Numbered from the stretch's first letter, positions 25,137 through 38,764 are shown. The stretch: 64,000 nt of DNA from Amphiscolops sp. MND2022 (GCA_964187785.1 OZ076409.1:95296001-95360000), one strand, 5' to 3'. Notes: generated from the sequence alone by a model not told the origin. Program-made: numbers and translations.

Positions 25137-25906
25137 TTTTTTAGTCGGCGCTTTATCCTTTTAGTGAAAAATGCCCGACTATAGTAGCGACCTTTTTTTC
25201 TTCAGACTACAATCCTCACACTGATCGGTCCACTTTTTAGAAACAATCCTGAAAGCAGCACCTGAGCATCTGAGGCCAAGTCCGGGGCCAAGGCAAACTC
25301 AGTCCAAAGGTTCCCCCCTTTCTTCTTTACTTTTTCAAGGTAACCTACAAAACCGGACGGGACCCCCTTTCGATTTTTTTTCGGCACTGTGCGACTTTTT
25401 TTCGAAAAATGTTTTGTCGCCAAAGGACCCCCCTTTCATTTTTTAATTTTTTTTAACGTAACCTATAACACCAGATGAGAACTAAGGGTCCCCCTTTCAA
25501 CTTTTTTCGGCGCTCTGAGATTTTTTTTTCGAAATTTTTTTGTCTCCAAAGGGTCCCCATTTCAATTTTTTTGATATTTTGCAACTGAAGGGATGTTGAA
25601 AAAGCCCAAAGCCCCCCCTTCTACATTTTTCGTCACTATGAGACTGTTCAAAATGATCATTTTTCGTTTTTTTTTCGACAACTTTTTAATGTGTCCAAAG
25701 GGTCCCCCTTCAATTTTTTTGATATTTTGCAACAAACTGGATTTTCAAAAAGCCCAAAGGGTCGCCCCTTTTACAATTTTCGACATTGTGAGATTTTTCG
25801 AAATGATTATTTTTTGTCATAAAAATTGTTTTTTTTTCAGTTTTTAAAAACTTTGCGCTTTTTGAGCCTTAGATATAGCGCCGACTTTAGACGTTCCCGT
25901 CTTGTT
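25137..25906 (+). mobile_element. HINE-like family A with internal aagggtcccc subrepeats
   Basis: Same termini as other copies; 3' end nearly identical to 1270-1333. Confidence 0.8.
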
Positions 25907-26115
25907 GTTTTTTAATGAGAAAGGAAAGCCGCGGTGTGCTCGAGACTTGAGAATATGTTGTAGATAACATAGTTCAAAAGGGAAGAAGTCCGCCCGGGCG
26001 TTGTGAGAGACCTAGAGCTCTACTCTTGAACAACTTTAACATACAAGAACATCAATTGATTATATTTTATCATACAATTGGAATATTATTTACAAACAGA
26101 ACTGTATCAGTGTTG

Positions 26116-26508
26116 AACAAGCCGAGAACGGCCAAAGTCGGCGCTATATCTAAGGCTCAAAATTGTCAAAGGGGGGACTCTTTGGGATTTTTTGACATCC
26201 ATTGTGTTGCAAAATATCGAAAGAAATGAAGGGGGGACCCTTTGGTGCAATCCAAAAAATTTCAAAAAAGTCGCATAGTGCCGAAAAAAAGTGGGACTAA
26301 GGTGGGATCCTTAGTGTGTTTTCGAGGTTCTGGACGTGTTTTGTTTTTCTTTTCGGTTTGGACGCGCTTCTGAGGTTCGAGTGTTTTGAACCTCCATAGT
26401 TCAAGTTGTTGAACAAATGAACAAAAAAGTGGACCACCTTTCGTGTCTAAAAAAACTACCCACTGTAATAGTCGGGCACATTTTCTACTAAAATGCGCCG
26501 ACTAAAAA
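26116..26508 (-). mobile_element. HINE-like family A
   Basis: AACAAGCCGAGAACGGCCAAAGTCGGCGC...GCGCCGACTAAAAA. Confidence 0.8.
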
Positions 26509-27044
26509 GAGATCGGCCATTCACCATATGGTATCTCTGTGAATACAGGATTGCTCAACATTCATCTTCAATCATCAAATCGTAGACCGCTACTACAGGC
26601 GTCTTGTTTCAACAGAAATATTCTGCTTCATTGTTCCGCTTCGCAGCTACTGTTCTCATTAAAAATCAAGAAAGTCTTGGGTTTTTAACCCGCACGGAAC
26701 TACAATTTTTCTTGTTTGTTAAACCAGATTAAGTCGAAGCGTCTTCACAATGTTTTTTTCGGATTTCTACTATTTTATCAGTTTTCTAATATTTTCACAA
26801 ATGGCTTCGCGCATGAATTGTTTTGATCTTTTTGCTTAAAAAATTTTTCGGAACATCAAGAGCCCCGTTTGAACTTTTTAGAAGAAAGTTTTAACTCCTG
26901 TCACCAAATGGGTGTTTCCGATATTTTCGAAACTTCATTTTTTTTCATTTCACCAAAATGTCACTTTTTATGGACTTTGAAGGTATTTATATGCTGAAAT
27001 AGACCGTTAGAAAAAAGTGGCTATATTTTTATTTATATTTATAT

Positions 27045-27827
27045 TGTAACGATAAGCGCTGGCGCTTGAACTGCAACTTAGAATGGAGGAACTAGAACAG
27101 CGAATAGGATCCGGGACCTAGATCTCCGCGGCCCTAGCTCATTTTCCCTCCGAAGAAGCCAGTCCCAAGGTGGGGGAACCGTCTTGTAGGACGCTTTCTG
27201 GCCTGGTCCCAGTCTGTAAATGCTGAGAATAACGGGCATCCGTCTCGGCCCTTTGCCTGGGACCACCGTTTAGACAGCCTTTAAAAACAATACCAAGAAT
27301 AAACAGTGTAAATTTCCATCTTCCATCTGATATCGGAATAGTATCTAAAATGGGGAATAAGATCCAAAATTGCACAAACTAGCGCTAGCGCTAGTTCAAA
27401 CGGCTAAATCCAGCAAAATTACATCAAACCACACATCGGAATGGCAAACCACACAGCTAAAAAGCTGGGGCGCAGGGGCTCCAAGCACCAAGCAAGGACA
27501 ATTAAGCAAAAAGACTCATTTTACCGGTTTCTGCTACATGGGGTAGCATAATGCTGAAAATCGATAAAACCGGTGTTAGCACCTCAAAAAGAGTCTATTT
27601 TCGGATGTTCTTGCCGTCTCTGGCTTCTGTCATGGCGGCGCGCCCGTGTTTTTGCTCGTTCTTGCTCTTTGTTGTCGAAGTACCTGCCAATTTCGTGGAA
27701 ACAGCAAAAAGAGCAATCACATGCTCAGTGCCACGTCACATATCGGATTAGAATTTTTGACAAAATTTCTGAACATGTCAAAGTTGCAAAATCGGTTGAT
27801 ATTGCTGTACCAGAGCTTGCCGTTACA
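27045..27827 (+). mobile_element. Probable solo LTR
   Basis: TGTAACG...CGTTACA termini; TSD-like TATAT/TATTT; AATAAA at about 27298; related to 28113-28829. Confidence 0.65.
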
Positions 27828-28112
27828 TATTTTTACGACTTCAGAGAAAAATCAGATAACTTCCATGCGCAACTGTTTAACGAAAAGTGTATCGGGATGC
27901 TTCTAACTGAAAAGGTATCTCCATTTTGAAGACTTGTTCAGACAATTTTGCATAGATTTCCAACGCGACAATTTTCCAGAACGATTATAGTCTTTTGTTT
28001 ACGTCCCCACAAATTCTATCAAATCAGGAATAACGTCAATACTTCCGGTATAGCACAGGTTTATTGCTAAATGTGTTACGACAGAAAACCATGATCTATA
28101 CATGCTAACGTA

Positions 28113-28829
28113 TGTAACGGAGAGCGCTAAGCGTTTTGAACGAGACAATGGATTGGATGAACTAGCGCCATGACTACGGTCCGGGAGAAACCACCATAAC
28201 GCCAGCCCATTTTGTCCTCCTAAGGATAGCCGGTCCCGAGGAGGGGAACCTCTTCTAGGGATACTTTCTGACCTGATTCCAGTCTGTAATTGCTAAGAGT
28301 CACAGGAATTACGCTTTTCCTCTCGTAATCACTGCGTAAATAGCCTATAAAAGAGGACAAGGTTGCATAGAACTGACTTTCTCCAGATGGGAATTTGATG
28401 TAAATAGCATCTACATGGGTAGCCCTCGAGCTAATAATTTATCAAACAAATATGGTAAACACTGCAATAAGGTACTAAAGTCCCGTTTGGCGAGTTTGGT
28501 GGCTTTCTGGATGGCATGGCACCAGCTCTCGAGCTGGGCACAACCCCGGGCATGGATATTGCAATCACACCGTCATGCTGTTCTTTGGGTAAACTCTGGC
28601 TGACATCGAGAATTTCAGCGCCTGGGCTGTTAAAGTTCACCAATTCGTGACTACACCCGCGTTCTTGTACCTTTTCTGCTCTCTTCCGCCTCGCGGGGCC
28701 TTGCCTTTACCGTTCCTCTATGCTTTTTGCGGGCAGGTACTTCGTAAAGCCATGTTCAAGTGCCACGTCATTTTTGAACGAATTTTTCAAAATTTTCCAG
28801 AATTTTGTTGATCACAGGGTGACATTACA
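28113..28829 (+). mobile_element. Probable solo LTR related to 27045-27827
   Basis: TGTAACG...ATTACA; shared blocks ggggaacc, ccagtctgtaa and gtgccacgtca; TATAAAA at about 28346. Confidence 0.55.
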
Positions 28830-29904
28830 GTATGAGATACTAAACTTCGACACTGGCCAGAGTTGAACCCCAAATTATATCTGCCAAAACGTTGTATGAA
28901 ACAAAAACTTGGGTTTAGTTCAAGATTGAAAACTCATAATTTTCATGGCTACGTTATATCAGAAGACGCTCTTATTTTTGTTCAAAATTGGTTGAAAACT
29001 TTTAAAAGCTCGCACATCGTCACAGTCGAACCACACACTTTTTCTGACTGTACTGAAACAATTAGGATATGATGTCTAATGGAGTTCGGATATGACGTCA
29101 ACAATTCAAACATGGCCCAAATTTGATTTAAAAAGGCGTTTTAAATTGGGAAATAATTCTTTATTGTGCAACTTGAAACGATACAGGCGTTCGACACTTC
29201 AAAGAATCTTGGGGCGATCAATTTGTTTCATGAAATGAGCAGATTGTAAAAAACACTAGTCGGGATCCTTTTGGTTTGAAAAGCAGCTTTGGGGTTTTCC
29301 AACTGAAAACGTCAAAAAAACAATAGGCAGACCACCAAATAACTTGCTTTCCTCATATCATAATCGCAACGCCTTGATCATGATCTTTTTCTTGAAGCAT
29401 CACAGATAAACAAGAGAAGTGGTTGAGAAACTTAGACCCTCAATCTATTTATTGCGTTTCATCACTTGGTCATGGACTGCAAAAAACGCGGGGTTTACTC
29501 AATGACCTCCAAATCCGAAATCGGAAGTTTTTCTTCAACGACAGGGCCTCTTTGAAACTCAAGTTTTTAGTATTCACTATCATATGCTCATGGACTGAAA
29601 AACCCTTTAAACAATAACTTTTTTTAAAACGAGCTTAAGAAAGATTAGGTTAGTTTTTCCTCAGAGATGATTTTTTGTTTGATTGTTTTTCTGTTTTTAT
29701 TAAAGTTATTTTTAACATTTGTAAGTGATGATTTCAACATGACTACAAAGTAATTTAGGTTTTCAAATCAAAACTTGACTATGATCATGCAAGATGGATG
29801 TTTCTAAAGTTCCAATTTGTCCTTTGATCTTTGCAAGAACTCATGTTTTTGAATGCTGAACTGTTCCACGTTCTTGATTCGATAGTTGGTGTGGGTGTGT
29901 TTAG

Positions 29905-30030
29905 GCTACATTGCAAGGCCCATTTGGTGGGGAAATTTTCCGAGTAACTTCGTGGCCCCAAAATGACGTCATGAAAGGAGCTACTGTCCTCGACCCCTGG
30001 GTGTCAGAGATTGCCCCCTACGAGGAAAAG
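29905..30030 (+). CDS. Exon 7
   Basis: tttag / gtaatt; ATLQGPFGGEIFRVTSWPQNDVMKGATVLDPWVSEIAPYEEK; phase 0/0. Confidence 0.75.
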
Positions 30031-30922
30031 GTAATTCAATATATTCAACACAAACCCATTCTCAAGTAGAGATTTGACAAAAAAATTGCAAATTTGCAAA
30101 TGCTCCGATAAAAATTTGATAATGTTTTATCTAAAAATTTGAATTAAATAAATCGGAGAATAGCAATCAAAGAATCGTCGATTATTTGAATGTGAAAAAA
30201 AATTACTGAAAGGATTAGGTTTTCAGCAAAACTGGATTGTTCATAATTAAATGGACTTTTCAATTTTTTTGGGATCGTAATTCCAAGGTAGACATAAAAC
30301 ATGAAAGGCAAAAATGTAAAACTTGTCAGGCAAAAATGTAAAACTTGTCGTTCAAGACTTCTCAAAACTATTTACAATTTTTAGCAAATTTCCATGTAAA
30401 ACTCGCAATGCAATGCATGAAACGATATGCTTTCATCTTAAACTTCATGCAAAAATCATAACATCTCCGTGCATTACATTTATCCTAGTTCCGATATCCT
30501 GTGAACGGTGCTGATAGTTTATTACTTCTTTCCGGGGGTTGACGGATTCAAATGAACTTGACTTAAATCAAAGAATAAAAATCAGAAACATCGAATAATA
30601 TTTTTACACGGAATGAAATGCTTACTTATTCATTGTTATAATTCATTCAAATGTTATTCACCAGTATATTGTTCAAAATGCTCTGTACATTCAATCGGCC
30701 TCAGAATTAATCTGGGAATTGAGAAATGTGGAAAACTTGTATTTTGTTTCTCCGTGCTGAATCAGTAATTTGATTTGAATGTCGAAAGTTGATTGATTCT
30801 TGGAATTTTTTTGGAAATCGATATAAAAAAATTATTTAAATTCAAAGCAATTCGAAAAAAAATTGATATAAATCAGTCATTCAAAAAATCCGATTTTTAT
30901 CCAATCCTGCTTCCTGTATTAG

Positions 30923-31139
30923 GTGTTCTTAGTCAAACTCTACATCCCTCCGGCCTATTCCTACAACGAATATTCCCTGAGTTTCGCCTGGACTCCGGAC
31001 ACGGCTAGCAAAATACCCATATTTGGAAAGAGCGAAGACACATCCAAGCCAGTGATTAGTGACGTCACGATCACTGAAGGCAAGAACGTGGCATTTGTGC
31101 AAGACTCAGATGGCAACAATATCAAATATGCAGTGAAAG
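30923..31139 (+). CDS. Exon 8
   Basis: tattag / gtcagt; VFLVKLYIPPAYSYNEYSLSF...VISDVTITEGKNVAFVQDSDGNNIKYAVK; phase 0 in, phase 1 out. Confidence 0.85.
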
Positions 31140-32419
31140 GTCAGTGCAGTTCAAAGGTTTAGTGCGGGACTCGAACCCAAGAACTCCTGCTTCTCAGGGC
31201 CCGTCATCTCAGGCCTCGAAACTTGTGTTAACCGCTAGGCTAAACGTCTGACCTCTTCCATGTGAAATTTATGACAATTTAAAAAAGTAGACGCTTCAGG
31301 GTGCCTGATGAAAAAAAAACTTCAGGCTGAGTGTCTTTCAAGCCCAAGGTCAAATAATACGGGTTCGTTTGATTCTTCTTGTGCATCAAAAGTTGAATGT
31401 TTCTGCAGTGGGCCTATTAGGTTCATTACTGTGGCAAACAAAAAGTAGAACAAGCAAAACGTGCAAAATGCCTTGTCTCTGTGTCTCTGTACTACCGTTT
31501 TGACTGGAACCCAACCATCTGGAGTTCGTAAGTGTGGTCAAAACTTGCGACGAATCATGATTTGTAGTTGATTTACCTGTGTTGTTTGTAACATTACTGT
31601 TCCAAACGGGTGACTTTCAGCATTTTCACTAGATTTAACCGAATGCAATTACTCCAAACTCGCAAAGCACTCATTATTGCTGTTCTGGCATCTCTTTTTG
31701 TTACGCAAGAAAACGTTTCCAAGAATTGAATTTGTGGTAGAGCGCGATGCACAATATCTAAAGTATTGGTGTGAAAATAATTAATTACGTTGCGGATATG
31801 ACCGGGAGCAGTGGATCCAACTGTTCGAAATTGCAACTTTGGCGAGACACTCTATTTCGGTGTCCGAAGTGTTAAGGGATGCTGATCAACAGAATCCACG
31901 AGCAAGGGCAATGTAGGAAATAAGGAAAAAAAATCCCTGCAAAAAGGAAAATTGTAAGCTTACTGTACATTTCAATCGGCAAAAACGCAAGAAAAATGCG
32001 AATGGATAAGTTCCCAAAAATCAACATTCTGTTAATCGAACTCCGGGATTTGATGCAACACTGCACCGACTGTTTTCAAAGGCGACGTAACCGAGCCCTG
32101 GATCACCATGTGTTTCTCTTCCTTAAACAAAAATCATTGGAGTCGCGAAATCAATTCTGAAACGCACTGTAAGGTCTCGCAGCCAAATGCGATTTTGGCG
32201 ATCAAACAGAAGGTTTAGTTTACGATATTTTTGTGCTAAACATGGCAAACAAGTAAGGACAATAAAAACTTCGTACTGAGCGTAAAGAGACGCCGGCTGT
32301 AGCGTTACAATTCGCAATTGCCTTTGAGAACGGATTAAAACGCCAAAAATCTTACGCATACATCAACCAGGAGCCCGAAGTAAAAGAAGAACTGATTTGT
32401 GCGGTCAGCAGCAGCAATT

Positions 32420-33653
32420 CGAGAGAATGCTGGAGATGCGGTGCAGAGGATTTTACCCTTGATCATGTGAAACGATGCAAGGCACCGAACGCAATGTGTA
32501 ATTACTGCGGTTGAAAAGGCCGCTTGGAGCAAGTGTGCAACAAGAAGAAGAAAGACACCTATCAGAAAAGTGGCAAATCCAGAGGATTCGGCAAACGTGT
32601 GCAGCTGGTAGATCAAGAGGATTTCGGCGACAAGGACGATGATGACTACATGGTGCTGAACGTCGAAGGAGGCAATAATGGAGCAAAAGCATATTACATG
32701 GAAGACTTCATTAATGGTAAAACCATGATAGATACGGGATCTCCGCTAACAATCTTCGCACTAGATGAGATATAAGAATCATCAAGAGGGAGAAACTGCC
32801 AGTGCGACAGATGATAGAAGGGGAAGGCCATGTGGTTTTCAATGGAAAACCACTGCAACTACTGGGGTTTGTCTTTTGCGACATCAGAAAAGCCAGAATT
32901 TTAATTGCCCGAAACGCATCAAAGTCGATATTTGGCAGAAAATGACTGACAACTTTGCGATTTGGAACCAGGAAAGGGTGAGTTAGAAGTAAATTTTATA
33001 GTAAAGAAAAATCAACTAGGCAATTAGTTAGTGATTATCCAGATCTATTCAAAAAACAGGGTAAAGTAAACAATCACAATGTAAAAGTTACCTTAAAACC
33101 GGAAAAGAAGGTAATTCAACAGAAAGGTAGAAGAATCCCATCCAATTGCAAAAGGCAGTGGACGCGAAAATAAACCGTTTGCTAAAAAAGGTCATATCGA
33201 GAAAATTACCGAAATAAAGGATGACGTGTTCCTCCAGCCGGCAGTAATCACGGTAAAAAAAGGATCGATCAGCAAAAGATTACTTTGGATGCACGCGCTC
33301 TTAATCAAGCAATTGATAGGGATAAATACCAAATGCCAATTTTGGACAATTTACTAGACATGGTCGAAGAAAAACTGGATACTGAAGAAGGCGTAGCGTG
33401 GTTTTCGTCGGTACATATGACCTATGCATACGGTCAAGTTCCCTTTCACCAACTACCAGCAAGGCAGTGTAATTTTCAAATTATAGGTGGGGAATCCACC
33501 GGAAGGTACCGGTTTGTTACGGGATTTTACTGTCTGTCGGTTATGCCAACAAAATTTCAAAAAGTAATGGACATTTTTTAAGCAAACGTTAGAGAAAAGT
33601 TTGCGTTTAAAGATGACATTTTAATAGTAACAAAGGGAACCAAGCAAGATCAC

Positions 33654-33715
<62 letters not shown>

Positions 33716-36681
33716 GGGAAATTTTGAAAACGTTGGATACGGCAAAATTACATATAAAGGCCGCGAAAAGTAATATCGCAAAACAAGAAAGTGAGTCGTT
33801 AGGCTTCAAAATGACAAGTCACGGAGTTTTGCCAGTAAATTCAAACGTGCAAGGTATAACAGAGAAACTACGACCCACGATTCGAAGGAACCACGATCGT
33901 TTCTAGGCGCGGTAATACAATTCAATGAATTTATTCCCGATTTTGCGGCAATTTGCTTTCAGATCTATTCTTAAGAAAGACGCGACATGGAATTGGTCCG
34001 ATGAACATGAAGAAGCGTTCAAAAGGGTAAACCAAGAAGTGGGAAAAAAGCATTTCAAAAACAGAACCGCTGAGAATTGTGACGCGAGCAAACAAGGTTT
34101 GGACGCTGTTCTACAGCAATGGGAGGAAAACAAATGGAAACCGATAGCATACGCTTTTAGATTTTTAACCGAGTTAGAGTCCGAATATTCAAATACTGAA
34201 TAAGAAGTATTGATGATAGTATGGTCGATAGAACATTTTAAAAATAATGTGTATGGATATGCATTTGGAATAGTTTCCGATAATAAAGCATTGCAGAGCG
34301 TACTTAGAACTAACAAATGTACTAAATCATTTCCAAGCAGACTAACTACGTGGGTGGACAGACCCCTGCCATTTGACTTTTCAATTGTCCATACCCCCGG
34401 GAGAACCTTGGGAATGGCCGATAATCTGTCAGGACATCCTTGAGATTATGGTAGCAAAAGCGGAAGAATTGTTCAACGATTGGTTTACCGTAAATGTAGT
34501 TAAAGGTATTACGCCAAAACTGAAGCGATTGGCAGAACCACGTAAACCAATCAGATTGCAGGAAAGTAAGAAAGCTGAGTCGTAGCGCATTAATAGAACG
34601 TTGTCAGTCCACGCGCCTACGCAAACAAACACCGCACGCGGTCTATGAAAAAGCTAATGCCGAAAACGATCCGCTAATTCAAAAAGTAGTTAATTTGGTT
34701 CAAAACAAGAACACCGCCGTTATCGCTTGCTAACCTCCCCGCTGGAGAGAAAAGTTCGATTTGTTCTCAGTTGATTCCAATGGCCTTTTATATATGGACC
34801 ACAGATTACTTATCCCTAAGGATATGCGCGAGAACATGCTCCGAGCTATACATTTTGGTCATGCAGGGCGCGATGCCATGTTGAGAGAGGCTTCGGATGT
34901 CTGGTGACCTCGCATCCACACGGAAATTATCGAAAAAGCAAGGAGTTGTAGTGAATGCCGTCTAGCAGGTAAGAACATAAAATACAAGAAATCACAAAAA
35001 GAATTTGGAACATTACCAGTGGCCAACCAGCCAAAAAATTTTTTTGCTAGATTTTACGGGCCCTTTCCAAAATCCAGTTCAGAGAAAAGTATTTACTTTT
35101 ATCCGTAGATAATCACTCGGGATGGCCGAACTCATTATTTTTTACCTAATCTCACATCGGATAAAGTAATTGAATTTCTTTCAGAATATAAGCAAAAAGC
35201 AGTATACCTAAAAAATCAGAACAGACCCCGGAACAGCGTTCAAAAGCGACATTTCAAAACATTTCGTAGAGAAAGGTTTATAGAACATATCATTTGCCCC
35301 GCAAGAGACTTTGGGTAAATGGCAAAGTAGAAAGAATGATCCGAACAATCAACGGAAGATTGAGAACGAAAACAGAAATTTTAATTTCAAAAGCTAAAAG
35401 TGGATTCTCAAATATCTTATTTGCAATAAGATCAGAAAAGTCACAGACGGAAAGTCGGCTTTCTAAAGACAAAAAGGGAGAAAACTAAATTGGGAAAAGT
35501 CAGGAATGATAGAAAGATGTAATTTAGATCGCGACACGAAAATCGAGATAGAGCCTGATAGAGCGAGATCGAGATTTCAGCGAAGAAGCAGACTCAACCA
35601 TATTAGTCAGAGAGCGCGTCAAAGGAACAAAATTGGACGGTATTAGGACAAATCGTGGGTGAGTCAAGCCACACAGTCACAATACTATCAAAGGCAGGAC
35701 GGCAAGTTGTCTACGCCGAAAGAGATGTGGAGTGTGACCATACGCAAAGTGACACAAAAGTAACAGAGTGGAAAACCCTTGCAAAGAGACAAACGTGAGC
35801 AAGGAGTCAAAGAGTAAAAGAGGAAAGCGAGGAACGTGTAAAAAAATATAAAGAAACTAAGAACAGCACTGGAGTCTGAAATGGGTTTATTGACAACAAA
35901 ACGCACGGAATGCAACAAAGACTAGGAACTGCTGATAACGAACGAGGAAGTTACCAATGAAGAAACCCCCGAGCAACAAATACAGCCTGAAACCTCAACC
36001 AGTGGTGGCGAAACAGAAGATTTGGGCAACATCATAAAAAACACAACAAAGGTGCCAATTCAAGGCTCAATCAAATGGGAAAAGCCCCGCAGCTTGGCGA
36101 ACGTGACCAAAAAGCCGGATCAATGGGAAACAATGTAATGATCTCCAAACTCGAGCGAGAGTCTCTCACAGAAGAACCCAGTCTCCGTAGTGTGATAGAT
36201 ATCTCTAGCCTGAACTCGTTGTAAATAAAACTGATGTTGAAATATTTCTAAAAACAATTTTAGCTATTTCCAGGGGGTGTAACAATCTAATGAGTATTGA
36301 GTTGTTTTAGTTATACTAGCCAGCATGTACTACTTTGGGAGCTAGTTGTTCTTATGATATTTAACCTAGTACTCTGTGTGCTTACTGATCAAATCCCAAT
36401 TGAGCTACCTTAGGATTGGAATTGTCTAAATGTTTTTGTAAATTGTCCCCCCTTCGCCTCCCATTCCAGAGAGGGGAGTGTGGCAGATCGCGTTGTACAT
36501 TAGATAAAATATTGGCGTGAAAATATTTAATCACTCTAGTATCAACCACCTGTCAAATTATGCCTAAGTGGCAAAAGAAAACAATCTGCCATTGTTGACA
36601 GTTACTCCATAAAATGCAGTTTCACACAGTCAGTCTTTTCTCTTCGCATTCTTCGTTCTTCAGTTACTGCAAGACATAACA
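32420..36681 (+). mobile_element. 5'-truncated degenerate Ty3/gypsy element
   Basis: Zn knuckle CNYCG...VC; PR MIDTGSPLTIF; RT DARALNQAIDRDKYQMP and FKDDIL; RH CDASKQGL; IN HFGHAGRDAM; PPT GAGGGGAG then LTR TGTGGCAG from 36479 (LTR end uncertain); no 5' LTR seen. Confidence 0.88.
33654..33715. repeat. (GATA)n microsatellite inside the RT coding region
   Basis: About 15 perfect GATA units just after the FKDDILIVTKG motif. Confidence 0.95.
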
Positions 36682-37285
36682 GACTAATTAGTGCATGAAG
36701 TTTAATTTCAAAACGAGATGCCAGATCAAGATCAGCATTGATGAGTGCTTTGCGAATATGGAGTATTTGCATTCAGTTAAATCTATTGAAAAAGCTGAAA
36801 GTACCGTTAGGAACAGTAATGTTTCAAACAACAAAAGTAACTCAACTACAAATCATGATTCGTCGCAAGTTTTGACCACACTTACGAACTCCAGATAGTT
36901 GAGTCCCAGTCAAAACGGCAGTACTAAGACAAAATACTTTTCACATTTTGCATGTTCTACTTTTTGTCACTTTCAAGATTTCATTGAATAGTTTGGTATG
37001 TTCATTTCCTAACGAAAACAATTTTCAAAAACTAACTTCAAAAATGTCCAAAATCAAGATAGTTTTCAAATTATATTATTGAACAAGGTACAATAATAAT
37101 ACGTATAAATAATTGAAACAATAAATAATATTATTTCAAACAAATACATTTGAAGGAAAATTACTGTCCACAACTCGAACGAAAAAAAATGCTCAGCCAT
37201 GCTAGCTGACACTTTTCTCATAAATTGAAATTTTAACGAGAGACATATCGCTTATAATTGAATCGATAGATAAAGTATTTGCTTG

Positions 37286-37585
37286 TTATTTTCCGCCCAC
37301 ATAAATGGGGGAGGAAAATCATGATCTGTGATGGTTTTTTTACAAATTCTCCCAAAACTCCACTTTATCTCCACTTCATGGAGTAATTTACTAGCGATAG
37401 TTACAACTGAGTTACTTCAAATATGGTGGCTCAGTCAAGTAGTAGGTCCTGGGTTCGAACCCGGCTGATGCTTGTTTTTTTGTTTCCCAGCCAGTAGGTC
37501 GTGGGTTCGAACCTCTCTTTCGCCATACTTTCTTTGCAATAAGCGTGTCGCGGAAAGTATCCCGGTGCTTAGCGGGCGTCTTGTT
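37286..37585 (+). mobile_element. HINE-like family B
   Basis: TTATTTTCCGCCCACAT...GCGGAAAGTATCCCGGTGCTTAGCGGGCGTCTTGTT. Confidence 0.7.
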
Positions 37586-37964
37586 TGTTGTAAGCTGTGA
37601 AATTCCCTGAATTTGGAAACTGGAAGTTTGTTTCAAAATAGTTGGTGACTTTCTTAAGCTGTAGCAGGTTTAGTTTTTTAAATAAATCGCTGCGATTACC
37701 AAGGAGAAAATTAATATTGGGTGGATGCGCAATAAGTAGTTCTGCTTTTCTAAGTCGGCGCCCTTTTGGACACTGTTTCCCCATAGCAAGCAATGGTGGG
37801 TTGGCTGGAAGTTGTGGTTTCAAAGTGATTTGCTCAAGGTTACACTGCTCACCTTTGCTCTTTTTATTTCGCTTTTTTCCGCCAATTGCGTTATTTTTCA
37901 CCACTGACTTTACCACTAAGCTAGGGATGAAGGACTTGCTCAAGGCCCAACAATGGTGAGTTGA

Positions 37965-38026
37965 GAGAGATTCGAACCTAATACCGCCTCAGTACAAGGC
38001 GAATGCTCTAACCACTACACCATGCC
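37965..38026 (-). other. tRNA-like Pol III head (SINE-like)
   Basis: Minus strand GGCATGGTGTAGTGGTTAGAGCATTCGCC...GGTTCGAATC with A and B boxes; no complete acceptor stem; similar degraded heads near 22810-22850 and 31165-31245. Confidence 0.5.
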
Positions 38027-38346
38027 ATTTTCTCCCTAGTGAAAAACGTGGTTCTTCATGTCAGTTTTTTTCCTGATGGAGTTTCGAAGTCCCGGAAATG
38101 GCAATTTGTAACTTATCGTGTCCAAAACAATTACAGACTACCGGACCTTTTCAAAGCCCTGGTTTAAACTGCTCGAACTTTTTACAAAGTTTTGTAGATT
38201 ACCAAGCTAATTTTTCATCATTCAAACTTTTTCCACGCATGCTCCCTGAATTGTCCTTGTTTTATTTTAAAAAGTATCTTGCATGTTTCCCTGCAGCATG
38301 TAAAAAGTTCAAACGATTAGGAAGTTTACCATCACAGAAACGCTGG

Positions 38347-38755
38347 TTTTTTTTATTTTCCGCCCTCATATAATGGGGGGGGTGGGTTATTTTCCGCCCA
38401 CATATAACGGGGGAGGAGAATCATAACCTGTGTTGCGTTTTTTTTCTAAATTCTGCTAAATTTCCTCCCAATTTCTTTGACCTCGCCTATAGTTACTTGG
38501 CTATTTTAGTTACTAGTATCTAAAATAGTCAAGTAGTTAAAACAGCTTAGAGGGGGAATAATATCTAAAGTCAAAAATGGGAATAAGATCTAAAATTTCA
38601 GGACGGGAATAATATCTAAAGTGAATAAGATCTAAAATCACTAAATTTTAGATCTTATACTTTAAATTCTATCCCCCACTCCCAAAATAGCTATGGCTCA
38701 GTTGGTGAAGGCGAAGAAGGCGGAAAATATCCCGGTGCTTAGCGGGCGTCTCGTT
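38347..38755 (+). mobile_element. HINE-like family B abutting the exon 9 acceptor
   Basis: TTTTATTTTCCGCC...GGCGGAAAATATCCCGGTGCTTAGCGGGCGTCTCGTT. Confidence 0.75.
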
Positions 38756-38764
38756 CATTTTCAG

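Larger units (their letters stand above)
31431..36970. mobile_element. Long inverted-repeat structure (arms about 31431-31700 and 36708-36970) enclosing a truncated gypsy
   Basis: ctggagttcgtaagtgtggtcaaaacttgcgacgaatcatgatttgtagttga is an exact reverse complement of the right arm; homology extends about 270 bp. Confidence 0.8.

Noticed and set aside
37569..37943. 124-aa minus-strand ORF downstream of a tRNA-like head
   Set aside because: No recognisable domain or splice context; probably repeat-derived.
37965..38026. Functional tRNA gene
   Set aside because: A and B boxes are present but there is no complete cloverleaf or acceptor stem; treated as a SINE-like relic.
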